A stretch of 64,000 nucleotides of DNA, taken from NCBI GenBank assembly GCA_965242965.1, contig OZ251518.1, positions 1,312,001-1,376,000 of the forward strand, given 5' to 3'. Source of the DNA: Candidatus Poribacteria bacterium. Lineage in GTDB: Bacteria; Poribacteria; WGA-4E; WGA-3G. The notes under the pieces were generated by a model that was not told the DNA's origin, searched no databases, and worked only from the letters and a program-made list of their open reading frames with translations. Each line of letters starts with the position of its first letter. Position 1 is the first letter of the stretch. The translations under genes were made by a program, and so were the position numbers. Positions 40,801-49,635 of the stretch are shown piece by piece.

Positions 40801-41969
40801 CCTTTCTCTCACTATTTGCTGTCCCTACCTTGGAAAACACCAGTTTCGATTTGGACATTGAGCTCGGCAATTTCTACCGGCAGGTTTACAAAAGCACACT
40901 CGTCGGAGATGAGAGGGACGTGTTTCTGCAAACGATGGACATGGGGTTCGATCTGCGCAAACAATCAACGCTGCTGATTACGCCTTTGCGTGAACTGCTC
41001 CTAAACATGAATCTCAATACGAATGTGATATGGCACGACCAGGACCAGGAGAAAAACCGCAACATTGTGCGCGGTGTCTATAGTTTCCGAGGCTCTGCCA
41101 CGAACACGCTCTTCCGTGTCTATAATATCAATTTCATCCCGCGTATGCGCAAACTGCGCCACGAGATGCAGTCCACGGTGACGTTTGATTATCAGCCGCC
41201 TATCGATGAGAACAAGAATCTCTATCCATTCGGACCGAGCACCTATTTCTATGAACGGAAATCGCTCTCCTACAATTTTGATACCAACATCGAGATTAAG
41301 ACGCAGCGGAGTCAATCGCCGCACCGCGTTCTCCAGCTTCGGACGCGGCTTCGCGCCGATTTTACCGAATTCGACCCGCTCTACAAACGGCGATATGAAC
41401 CGATTGAAAGCGATTTCACCTTCATCCCGCTGCCCAGTCGGAGTCTGAATATGACCGTGCGCTTCACGCACGATCCGAACCCAGATCCGGATGATAACAA
41501 GACTTTCAAGATGGTTGGGCTTCGTTCCAACATCCGTTATACGCGTCAGAGTTGGAATGTGAGTATCGGGAGTTCGTTTAGCAAACGGCTTACTTCGCGG
41601 CAAGCCTCCCGCTCCATCACGGCGAGTGGGCGGTACCGTTTTAGCGAACATCTCGATTTCGATGTCAGTCTCATCTATTATCCGATTGATAGGCAATTCT
41701 ATTCGCAGCGGGTTAGTATCAACCGGAACTTGCACGATTGGAACTTGCGGATTTCGTGGAGTCGTGTCGGCATCAAGCGCGGCGAACCGCCGTATAACAA
41801 TGTCCGCCAAGACTTTACGTTCCAAATTAGTCTGATTCCGGAGCCGGCTGTTTCGATGGGTGTTGGCTACGATGCGACGACGGACACTTGGGGTATCCGC
41901 ACGTTGCCAGCGGGTTCGCCTTACAATGCCTTTGGCGTTGGCAATTCGTTGGGACGTTCTTACTTCTAA
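37872..41969 (+). CDS. lptD: LptD-like LPS assembly protein with internal parvulin-PPIase insertion
   Basis: OstA-like jellyroll (LRADHV, ASGNV, FNLETKKG), TTCSLKYPHYY, GGYPLFYFP, barrel strands, C-terminal aromatic residue; insert about 38875-40285. Confidence 0.85.
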   Translation: MNRKSVPNLLPKLLKSCRYFVCCVLVAIAGLLVVPVPLIAQAPDEVPETEEKALPDTGEEPQTEETPQAPSPSPSPSPSEDAAPGEAQPEGEEKSEPGEEEQKPEGLDPEQMTPDPGVVIGDGDEMVMHDNFVQIHGNALIKYGDIILRADHVWADFNENLMRASGNVHLISGNEETFSDELVFNLETKKGIARNGFTYTDPWYFGGSDVFKIDEKKSYIRSATLTTCSLKYPHYYFSVSRVIVRVNEEMIAKNIVLRIGGYPLFYFPAIRRDLRKDKVAKIIVKVGTDSYQGPYISIIQPIARERRYDGALLYDESARRGRGFGFEGKYRFNDTQFREIYIPIPPDATSAQRTKLEEKAKEIHERLEGEHDRYWLKQLFLPYEITEDDVNRAKETAEELLKQLKEEDADFAELAQRNSDHDTRYEGGDLGFVARGERIEEKTPATSKTQNAPEAKTTPETDGEEITPESSPAETTPEDTPTDAETEATEAPPAGKLKLDPILEEAAFQLAEGEISSVLKTESAFHILKVERVLDVYGEREIQLRRIDIAIAASDETQQKLRETTDMIHTRALEGETFEQLAAEFDEATLSEVNNGDGLPLSEMDASWRYSVRRLEKPGDITQRRPVSTPEGLYLFQLTEKEETPAFEELAEELDAEWETFLEEVMSSTEEPKEGEESPEPDTSAETGPVTTEVASQESAEIAKSESSEPPALPEEEEPAELSPEDEPPSAEENADSEADAQDESDEEGEEEEPFTVYRKHGYRGRWEDPSAVASEAQSLYGGEFSKVIPTKKSFRLIKVDKKRTYRGDIYFYGADHYSFDRQSPSRIGRRWNMRWGHTQSLYTPWDSRREGRRPISFTGRTEWRALNYKEELKLPGESTLNTFGLLTYGAAFSALDEGDRDENGNLRFSRQPTGDFTGRLEVRHIHDFTGEGTTSLQKLPQLTLNFSRMRFSGLPVFRTINSNLVTLAEKAATDEPFLSLFAVPTLENTSFDLDIELGNFYRQVYKSTLVGDERDVFLQTMDMGFDLRKQSTLLITPLRELLLNMNLNTNVIWHDQDQEKNRNIVRGVYSFRGSATNTLFRVYNINFIPRMRKLRHEMQSTVTFDYQPPIDENKNLYPFGPSTYFYERKSLSYNFDTNIEIKTQRSQSPHRVLQLRTRLRADFTEFDPLYKRRYEPIESDFTFIPLPSRSLNMTVRFTHDPNPDPDDNKTFKMVGLRSNIRYTRQSWNVSIGSSFSKRLTSRQASRSITASGRYRFSEHLDFDVSLIYYPIDRQFYSQRVSINRNLHDWNLRISWSRVGIKRGEPPYNNVRQDFTFQISLIPEPAVSMGVGYDATTDTWGIRTLPAGSPYNAFGVGNSLGRSYF

Positions 41970-41981
41970 TAGGAAGGTATC

Positions 41982-42140
41982 GTGAACACAGCCCTAAAGG
42001 TTGCAACGGTTGATTTTGACTTTGTGGAACGCTTCGGCGCGCTCAACGAGGAATTAGTTGTGCTGAACGCCGAGGCGCGGCAGTTAGAAGAACGCATCGC
42101 GGAAAATGTTGCAAAGATGTTAGGAAACGTGGTATCATAG
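41982..42140 (+). pseudogene. 52-aa fragment resembling the C-terminal helix of Type I R-M HsdM
   Basis: [37 protein letters not shown]; family match from recall only; below the ORF-track cutoff. Confidence 0.55.
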
Positions 42141-42235
42141 ACGAACCGGCTCATTCCGCAATGCCGTAGGGTGAGGGCCTGTCCCTCGCGATGCCACGTA
42201 CCACCATACCGTAGGGTGAGGGCCTGTCCCTCACT

Positions 42236-42589
42236 ATGCCGATGAAAGAGATAAGCTGGGTTGGGGATTCTCGTGAGAAACTCCGAAACTTTCCTCAGTC
42301 CGCAAGAAGAACAATAGGTGAGGCGTTAAGTTTCGTACAAGAAGCACGTCAGCGACACCCAAACGCCAAACCGTTAAGAGGAATAGGTTCGGGCGTATGG
42401 GAAATCGTCGCGCGTTATGATACGAACACCTACCGGGCGGTTTATACCGTCAATATTGGCGAACGCATCTATGTGCTTCATGCATTCCAGAAGAAGTCTT
42501 CTCAAGGCATCCGCACGCCGAAACGCGAGATTGACTTGATTAAACAACGTCTGAAAATGGCGCAATGGATGGAGGCAAACAATGAGTGA
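42236..42589 (+). CDS. RelE/ParE family toxin (Gp49/HigB-like)
   Basis: AKPLRGIGSGVWEI..TYRAVY..YVLHAFQKKS..TPKREIDLI. Confidence 0.92.
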   Translation: MPMKEISWVGDSREKLRNFPQSARRTIGEALSFVQEARQRHPNAKPLRGIGSGVWEIVARYDTNTYRAVYTVNIGERIYVLHAFQKKSSQGIRTPKREIDLIKQRLKMAQWMEANNE

Positions 42590-42911
42590 AACAATCAAAA
42601 TTGAGGAAAGTTCCGGAAACGTGTTTCTGGACATAGGATTCCCCGAAGAGGAAGCGGAACGTCTACTACTGAGATCAAAACTCGCATGTGAAATCTATGG
42701 CCTTCTTGAGAAACACAAACTCACGCCGACAAAAGTGGAGGCACTCCTTGGGCTGGATGCGGTTGGTGTAACCCGTTTGAAGAACGCGGAGTTCGACCAT
42801 TTCAGTGTAGAACAGCTGTTCACGTTCCTGAACCGCCTAGGGCGTAATGTTGAGGTGCGCATCACGCCAGCAGAACATACTAGTGGACATCAGCGGGTTG
42901 TTCTCGCTTAA
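42582..42911 (+). CDS. XRE-family HTH antitoxin (HigA-like)
   Basis: SSGNVFLDIGF..FSVEQLFTFLNRLG; overlaps the toxin stop; toxin-first order. Confidence 0.88.
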   Translation: MSETIKIEESSGNVFLDIGFPEEEAERLLLRSKLACEIYGLLEKHKLTPTKVEALLGLDAVGVTRLKNAEFDHFSVEQLFTFLNRLGRNVEVRITPAEHTSGHQRVVLA

Positions 42912-43007
42912 CGCCAGACAAGCCTGCCGCGGAAACCTACATACATGTGCCGGTAGGCACGGCTTCAAACCTCGCCTACGGAGTTTGTTTGACGAAGGAG
43001 TAATAAC

Positions 43008-43805
43008 ATGTGCACAAATCCATGGGGCATGACGCGCTTTGAGGATAAAGTCGCCTTGATAACCGGCGGTGCCTCTGGCATCGGACGCGCCACCGCGAAC
43101 CGCTTGGCAGCCGAAGGCGCGCACGTCATCATCGCCGATAATAACACAGCGATGGCAAATCGGGCAGTCGCCGACATTGAAAATGCTGGCGGCAACGCCG
43201 TTTATATCGAAGTCGACCTGGGTGATGACGCAGCTGTCACCGCTGTCGGACAAGCCGTAGCCCAACAATTTCCTGCACTCCACATGCTCGTGAACAACGC
43301 CGCCATTTTGCGAACCGGCAAAATCGAAGATGGCACCTGGCTGCCCAATTGGGAACCCGAAACTGCCATCGGGCTCAGAGGATGGGTGCTGATGACGCAA
43401 GTGCTATTGCCCATGCTCAAGCGAGAGGGTGGTAGTATCGTCAATCTCTCATCTGAAGGCGGCTTCCTCGGCAGGCCCGGGCAGTGGGTATACGATGCGA
43501 TTAAAGCGGGATTAGTCTCTCTCACGAAGACGATGGCGTATGAATTCGTTGGATACGGCATCCGCGTCAACGCCGTCGCACCGGGTTGGATAGTCACAGA
43601 GATGCACTTTGGCAATGCGCCAGACCCGGGTGCTCGGAAGAAGGAGTTAGAGGAGTCTCCGATTAATTCCTGCATCATGAAACGCCGTGCCGGACCGGAG
43701 GAGGTGGCATCGGCTATTGCGTTCCTCCTCAGCGACGATGCCTCTTACATCACGGGGCAAACCATTCACGTTGATGGTGGACGGATGGGGATGTCCGTGG
43801 GGTAA
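43008..43805 (+). CDS. SDR family oxidoreductase
   Basis: TGGASGIG, NNAA, YDAIK, RVNAVAPG. Confidence 0.95.
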   Translation: MCTNPWGMTRFEDKVALITGGASGIGRATANRLAAEGAHVIIADNNTAMANRAVADIENAGGNAVYIEVDLGDDAAVTAVGQAVAQQFPALHMLVNNAAILRTGKIEDGTWLPNWEPETAIGLRGWVLMTQVLLPMLKREGGSIVNLSSEGGFLGRPGQWVYDAIKAGLVSLTKTMAYEFVGYGIRVNAVAPGWIVTEMHFGNAPDPGARKKELEESPINSCIMKRRAGPEEVASAIAFLLSDDASYITGQTIHVDGGRMGMSVG

Positions 43806-43816
43806 CATTAGAAGTG

Positions 43817-44220
43817 CCGGTGGGCTGGCCCTCCCGGGCTCGATGCCCTCCGAGTAGGAGAGACCTCCCGGTCTCGATTCCCGCGAACGGCCGATGGCGC
43901 GCCGTAGGAGAGTCAGACCGCCTCACCCCTGTAGGTCAGGATCGCCTGATCCTGATCCGTTCGGGAGCAGGTGCTCCCGAACTACAGAGTTATGAAACAC
44001 CCTCCGATTACCGTAGCGCGGGGGCCTGTCCCCCGCGATCGTTCGGTAGACCGGAGCATGGCGAGGGACAGGCCCTCGCCCTACGATGAAAGGGGCCGTT
44101 CTGCTGCCAAGAAACCGTCCGGTTACCGTAGCGCGGGGGCCTGTCCCCCGCGATCGTTGCACGGCGAGGGAAACCCGCTCGCATGCGCGTGTGGCATGCG
44201 AGGGCCCAAGCCCTACGGGG
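43817..44220. repeat. Composite REP-like array
   Basis: Several GTAG REP types; internal gagttatgaaacaccctc end at about 43987-44004. Confidence 0.85.
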
Positions 44221-44237
44221 AGGGGACGTTCTTCGGC

Positions 44238-47200
44238 CTACGCGAGGAGAGGCGGCAATTCCCCAACCAACCGCACCGTCTCTTCACTAACATGCATCAC
44301 TTGCCCAACCAAACGCACAATATATTGCCCATCTTCACCATTCGGATCGGAGACAATACCACTCCCATTCGGATCGGGTTTGACGCGATACCGATCGATG
44401 AGCCACTCTAATGCCGAACGAGTGCCCAAACGATAATCGAATACCGCCGGCGGAATGTCCACTACCGTCAAAGAATCATTGTAACGGAGTTGCGTTTTGT
44501 CGGCAGATAATTCCATCTTCTCGACGCGCCAATTGAGAGGAGGGGTTTCGATGAGGTTTGGCATCACGTCAAGGGTTTCATAATTGACGTGCAAATCTGC
44601 CAAAGCGCGCCCGATGTCAACAAATCCCCAGAAATCCGGTGCGAAAGGCAGATGTGGCAAGTCGTGCTTGAGGTTGACCTGATATGTCTCGCGGTATTCG
44701 GGATGATGCAAAATCGCGTAATTGTAGTGGAAAATGTCCCATTTGGTGATGGTTTCGTCACCGTAATGCGTTCGGAAGTGGGATAATGCCCAGTCGGTGA
44801 TGTTTTCGCGGCGATTAGTGCCATCTTCATCGTAAGTGTAGAAGGGAAAGCACTGCGTCTTTTCAAGAAAATCAATGCATGGAATCTTGTCTGTCATGAG
44901 TGCCTGAAACGGTTTGTTGCTGGCAGTGCCGCTGACGCAGATGACGCGATTTTCCTTTTCTGATGCAACCGTGGGAAAGATAGAAGGCATCACATAAACC
45001 CTTTGGGTCATCAACCTGTCAAAATAGAGATGCATTTTTGTGAACGGACGATACAGGGAGATGCGGCTCTTTTCGGGAGAAAACTCGACCCGCGTTCCCT
45101 TTCCCAATGCGGCTTTCAGCCGGTCTGTCCACTTAATGTTCCGGCGTTCTTGACTCACAAAATCGTTGACAGAGAGCTGCCGGTCGGTGCGCCGTTCCCA
45201 CCGAGATGTCTCGGCGTTGTAGAACTCTATCATTCGCGCCATGTTCGCTGCCAATGTTTCCGGATTAAAATGGTAAGCCCAGGCATCGCGCGCCGTTATC
45301 ACGCCGAGACTATAGGTTTTAAAAATCGTGCCTTCTGTCTCGCCTTTCGCTGCTTTCGCTGACTGGGTGCCCATCGGCAGGAACGTCTCAAAATCAGAAC
45401 GGAGCCCTTCGGTGAGCCATATCTGGCGCGCGTTCGGTTGAATCTCTCGCCACTTGACATTGCCGAGGTGCGCGTTTTCTGTGAGAAATTGAAACGTGTG
45501 TTCTTTCGGCAACGCCGCCGCCTCATCGCTATAGAGGATACTTGCGCTGCCCTCGCGCGGCTGCCCCGTTTTCACGAGGAAACTAATGCTCACCCCGACA
45601 GTAATCCCGAACACGTTGGAATTGCCCGGCTGTCCCTTGCGGATGTTGCCCCCGAGGTCTAGCACGTAAAGCCAGTCAAATTCCTCGGCGAGACACTGCC
45701 GCAAGCCATCGAACATTTCGCTGTGGATAAAACTATTGTTGGTGATGAGGGCGATGATGCCTTCTTTGCCGACTTTATCGGATGCCCAGCGGAGGGATTT
45801 GACATAAGGATCGTAGAGTTTGTTCTTGAGCCGCGCGGTGGAGGCGGCGACGTAAGTGGCGCGCACACGGTTATCAACAGCCTCGTGTTGCCGGTTCTGA
45901 TTGTTATCGTTCTCGTTTTGCTGTCCGGCATTGTAAGGCGGATTCCCGATGACGACGAACATTGGGGTTTCCTTCTGCTCTCGAACGCGCATCGTATTCT
46001 CTGGCGTAAAATAGGCGAATTCGCCAGTCTGATTCGGCGCATCCATGAGCCCGAAAGTATCAAACGTATCCACGAAGCAGATGTGCTTGAAGGGTTCGTA
46101 TCGCCCCATTTTTTCATAATAGGCGTGCTCAATGTTCATCGTGGCGATGTAGTAAGGCAACAACATTACCTCGTTGCAGTGGAGTTCGCCTTTATACTTC
46201 TTGTCCAGCGCGATGCCGGGGATGTCCTGCATCAAGCGCACGATGAAGTTGCCGGTGCCGACAAACGGATCGATGATATGGACACCGGTATCCGCGAGCG
46301 ATTTGCCGAAATGGGTTTTCAGGAGATGCTGAACGCTGTTTACCATGAAGTCGACGATGGGTTGCGGCGTGTAAACCACCCCGTGTCTATCGGCATCCTT
46401 GACAGAAAAGTCTTGGAAGAAGCGTTGGTAAAGGGTATTAAGGAAGTCTTGCTTCTGGGAATAATCTGTCAACGTCCGCGCCGTATTTTCCACCGCTTCG
46501 TAGAAGGGTTTGAGTTCGCTGAAAAATTGTGAGCGGTTGAGTGCCTCCCGGGTCAGGACATCAATCACCTTCTCAATCTCGCTTGCGATGACGTTTCGGC
46601 GCGTGAAATCGGGGTTATCAAAGACGGTGCGGAAGATGCGTTCCGTCATCAGGTGCTGCGCGAGCATGCGTTCCACCTCTGTCTCGGCGAGATTCGGGTT
46701 TATTGCGTCTCGGCACTGCTGATGGAAGTGCGTGAACGCCTCGCGGAATTCGGGGGTATTCTGGCGTTCGGTTTGGATGAGCGTCTCCAATTTCGCGCCG
46801 AGTTCGGGAATGGTATCTTGGAACGTTTCCACGGCATCATCCCACTCGGCGAGATTTTCCTCGGTGTAGGTGAAAAAAGTTTCAAGGAGTTGGATGAGAT
46901 TGCGCGGTTCGGTGATGTCCACATCCAAGATAAGCGCGCCGTTTTGGTAGAGGATGGCGCGGTGCGGCGTTTGGAAAATGATGTTTTTGGCGGGGTAGCC
47001 GGTGGCAAATTTCTGTTGGGTTTCGGTGGAGAGGTCATCGAGGAGATCTTTCGCTTCCCAGTGGCCGAAGATGAGTCCGAAGTCGGTGACGATTTCGCCG
47101 TCGATGCGGATGTGGTTTCCGTGTGGTGTGGTGCGGGTTTTCTCGCATATCAGCGTGAGGTTGCGTTGTCCGCAGTAGTATTGCAAGAGCGTTTGGAAGG

Positions 47201-47303
47201 CGACGCGGATGGCACCTTCATGTTGCGCGCCGAGTTTCGTGAACTGCTTGAGTTCGGCGTAATAGTTTTTTATGGGTTTGTGTGTGGGTTTGATGTTGAG
47301 CAT
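44238..47303 (-). CDS. Single-chain restriction-modification enzyme (Type IIG / Type ISP-like, no helicase)
   Basis: N-terminal IDG..WEAK nuclease, GVVYTP, DPFVGTG (motif I) before GNPPY (gamma-class order), C-terminal YRPF..YxLG..SALEW..RY as in LlaBIII-like TRD. Confidence 0.88.
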   Translation of the reverse strand: MLNIKPTHKPIKNYYAELKQFTKLGAQHEGAIRVAFQTLLQYYCGQRNLTLICEKTRTTPHGNHIRIDGEIVTDFGLIFGHWEAKDLLDDLSTETQQKFATGYPAKNIIFQTPHRAILYQNGALILDVDITEPRNLIQLLETFFTYTEENLAEWDDAVETFQDTIPELGAKLETLIQTERQNTPEFREAFTHFHQQCRDAINPNLAETEVERMLAQHLMTERIFRTVFDNPDFTRRNVIASEIEKVIDVLTREALNRSQFFSELKPFYEAVENTARTLTDYSQKQDFLNTLYQRFFQDFSVKDADRHGVVYTPQPIVDFMVNSVQHLLKTHFGKSLADTGVHIIDPFVGTGNFIVRLMQDIPGIALDKKYKGELHCNEVMLLPYYIATMNIEHAYYEKMGRYEPFKHICFVDTFDTFGLMDAPNQTGEFAYFTPENTMRVREQKETPMFVVIGNPPYNAGQQNENDNNQNRQHEAVDNRVRATYVAASTARLKNKLYDPYVKSLRWASDKVGKEGIIALITNNSFIHSEMFDGLRQCLAEEFDWLYVLDLGGNIRKGQPGNSNVFGITVGVSISFLVKTGQPREGSASILYSDEAAALPKEHTFQFLTENAHLGNVKWREIQPNARQIWLTEGLRSDFETFLPMGTQSAKAAKGETEGTIFKTYSLGVITARDAWAYHFNPETLAANMARMIEFYNAETSRWERRTDRQLSVNDFVSQERRNIKWTDRLKAALGKGTRVEFSPEKSRISLYRPFTKMHLYFDRLMTQRVYVMPSIFPTVASEKENRVICVSGTASNKPFQALMTDKIPCIDFLEKTQCFPFYTYDEDGTNRRENITDWALSHFRTHYGDETITKWDIFHYNYAILHHPEYRETYQVNLKHDLPHLPFAPDFWGFVDIGRALADLHVNYETLDVMPNLIETPPLNWRVEKMELSADKTQLRYNDSLTVVDIPPAVFDYRLGTRSALEWLIDRYRVKPDPNGSGIVSDPNGEDGQYIVRLVGQVMHVSEETVRLVGELPPLLA

Positions 47304-47379
47304 TGTTTTTCCTCCTGATTAAGTTGTAATCATTATCACATAATTCTCGAAAAATTGCAAGAAAAAAACGCCGCCCCTT

Positions 47380-48128
47380 ACCGTAGGGCGAGGGCCTGTC
47401 CCTCGCCATGCTGCGGTCTACCGGAAGATCGCGGGGGACAGGCCCCCGCGCTACGGTAAAACGGCGGTGTTCATTCGCGGCGGCGAAACCGCTTTTGAAA
47501 AGAACGGCTCTTCAGGTCCTTTAGGTCCTGCATGTCTATAGAAAAACGTGACAGGCCACGTCAAGGTCCTTTAGGTCCTTAATAGCATGCTAGCGATGCG
47601 GTGCGGCTGCACATTAAGGTCCTACAGACCTTAAGAGTCTTCGCAGGGTGAGGAGCTATAGACATTAAGGTCCTACGGACCTAGAAGAGCGGTTTGATAG
47701 ACCGGAGCATGGCGAGGGACAGGCCCTCGCCCTACGGTGATAGGGGCCGTTTTGTGAAGAAAATGTCGCGGTTCCGGTAGCGCGGGGGCCTGTCCCCCGC
47801 GATGCCTCTAGGTGTCTGAATCAGGATTCACAAGATTCTAGGATTTGCAGGATTATCTCCCTCGCGGCGGCGAAACCGCTTTTGAAAAAAGCGTCTCTTC
47901 AGGTCCTTTAGGTCCTGCATGTCTATAGAAAAACGTGCCTGCCACCCTTTTCAAGGTCCTTTAGGTCCTTAATAGCATACTAGCCACGCGGTGCGGCGCA
48001 CATTAAGGTCCTACAGACCTTAAGAGTCTTCGCCGGGCGAGGTGCTATAGACATTAAGGTCCTACGGACCTAAAGCCAGCGGACATCTCTCATCAGTTGC
48101 GACGTTGAACGAATTATGAAACACCCTC
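47380..48128. repeat. Composite REP-like array with duplicated ATAG module
   Basis: About 200-bp direct duplication (about 47476-47685 and 47863-48073), 9-mer CAGGATT run at about 47820-47855, terminal gaattatgaaacaccctc. Confidence 0.88.
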
Positions 48129-48153
48129 AGATAATTGCATACGGGGTGCCGCG

Positions 48154-49581
48154 TCAAATATCCGACCGGAAGAATTTCAGAAACGCCAGCGTCGTCAGCA
48201 CCACTGCCCAAAGACAGAGCAACAGCACATCAACAACCGAATGAATGAGCGTCTCTGACACCGAGGTAACCGGCAGCGCAGGTGCCGGCGGGAGTTTTTC
48301 TTCTGCCGCCGACCGGGTGGTGTCCATTCGAGCCGCCAAGCGGAGCAGTTGCGCAAGCTGATCATCGGAGATATTGCTGAAATATTCCGCCGCCAACTGC
48401 GTATAATACCGCTCCCCCGTATCAAAGTAGGCATTGCGTTTGAGCTTGCCTGTCTCTGTTAAATTCATGGCGACGTAACTTAAGGACGATGTCGGCGTGA
48501 GCCGCGACAGCGTTTCGCCCATCTCTTCTTGCCGCGCTTTTTGCCGCTGATACGCCCGGTCAAACTTTTCCGCTTGGCTCTGGAATTTCAGCCGATATTC
48601 TTCTTCAATCGGTGCTCTCATCTTCGCGAACTTTTCTTGTATCGCCGGTGTCATCTCAATACGCTGCCCCAGCGTTTCTGTCATCTTCTTACCGATTTTA
48701 TCCTGCATTTCCACGTTGAGGTTATTCCGCAAGGCGGTTTTCTGCAGAGAGACGCTTTGCGCTGTCTGCGTCGGCACCATCAACTTTGCCGCGAGAAAGC
48801 CCGCCCGCGGCGCAATCAGCACCGCAAACACCCAACACGTGAATGCCACGATGAGGGCCGTCTTGGAATTCTCTAAAAACGTTGAAATCAGCACGCCTAT
48901 CGCGAAAAACACGGCGATGTAAAGCAGCGAGACACCTGTCAGCGAGAGGACGCGCGGAAAAATGTCCGCTTCGCCGAGGGGGAAGCCTTGCCAGACAATC
49001 ACGAATAACCCCAACAGAAACGCCACCAAGAACGGCGCGACGAACACGAGATACCCGCCTATCAATTTGCTCCACAGGAACAGATCGCGGGGTAACGGAT
49101 TGGACAAGGTTATCCGAATCGTGCCCGCCTCTCTTTCGCCGGCAACGGCATCGAAGGTGAACAGCAGCGCGAGCAGACTGAAGACGGTGCTGACGACGAA
49201 GAGAAAGTCAAGCGTGCCGAGCGCGTAGGAGAGGGGTGCTTGTGCGAGGCCAGCGGCCCCTTGCCGCACACCGTTGCGCGTCATGCCGAGATAACTGGGG
49301 AGTGCTTCCTCTAACCCGTTCGCGAAGACGCTGAGGGGTGCCGGTTTGAGGAAGAGTTTTGCCACCTCGGTGTCGGGATTCTGTGCATCCGGCGGGTTTT
49401 CGTCTGCCGCGGCGCGAGCGCGTTTGACGGATTCTTGGTAATCGACGAGGTTGCGTTGATACTTTCCGTAGTTCGTGGAAAGGGTGAGAGGGATGAGCAA
49501 GACGCACATCAGCAGGAGCGCGACGAATCGCGCGCTCAGCACGTGATGCATCATCTCTTTTTGGATTAACGTGAAGAGCAT
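48154..49581 (-). CDS. ABC-2 type transporter permease
   Basis: LIQKEM..SARF, FDAVAGEREAGTI..LSNPLPR..SKLIG, C-terminal FFRSDI. Confidence 0.88.
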   Translation of the reverse strand: MLFTLIQKEMMHHVLSARFVALLLMCVLLIPLTLSTNYGKYQRNLVDYQESVKRARAAADENPPDAQNPDTEVAKLFLKPAPLSVFANGLEEALPSYLGMTRNGVRQGAAGLAQAPLSYALGTLDFLFVVSTVFSLLALLFTFDAVAGEREAGTIRITLSNPLPRDLFLWSKLIGGYLVFVAPFLVAFLLGLFVIVWQGFPLGEADIFPRVLSLTGVSLLYIAVFFAIGVLISTFLENSKTALIVAFTCWVFAVLIAPRAGFLAAKLMVPTQTAQSVSLQKTALRNNLNVEMQDKIGKKMTETLGQRIEMTPAIQEKFAKMRAPIEEEYRLKFQSQAEKFDRAYQRQKARQEEMGETLSRLTPTSSLSYVAMNLTETGKLKRNAYFDTGERYYTQLAAEYFSNISDDQLAQLLRLAARMDTTRSAAEEKLPPAPALPVTSVSETLIHSVVDVLLLCLWAVVLTTLAFLKFFRSDI

Positions 49582-49635
49582 AGCCTCTCTCCGCAGTGTT
49601 TGGCGGCGCGGTTTGAAACCGCGCCGACTCGGGGC

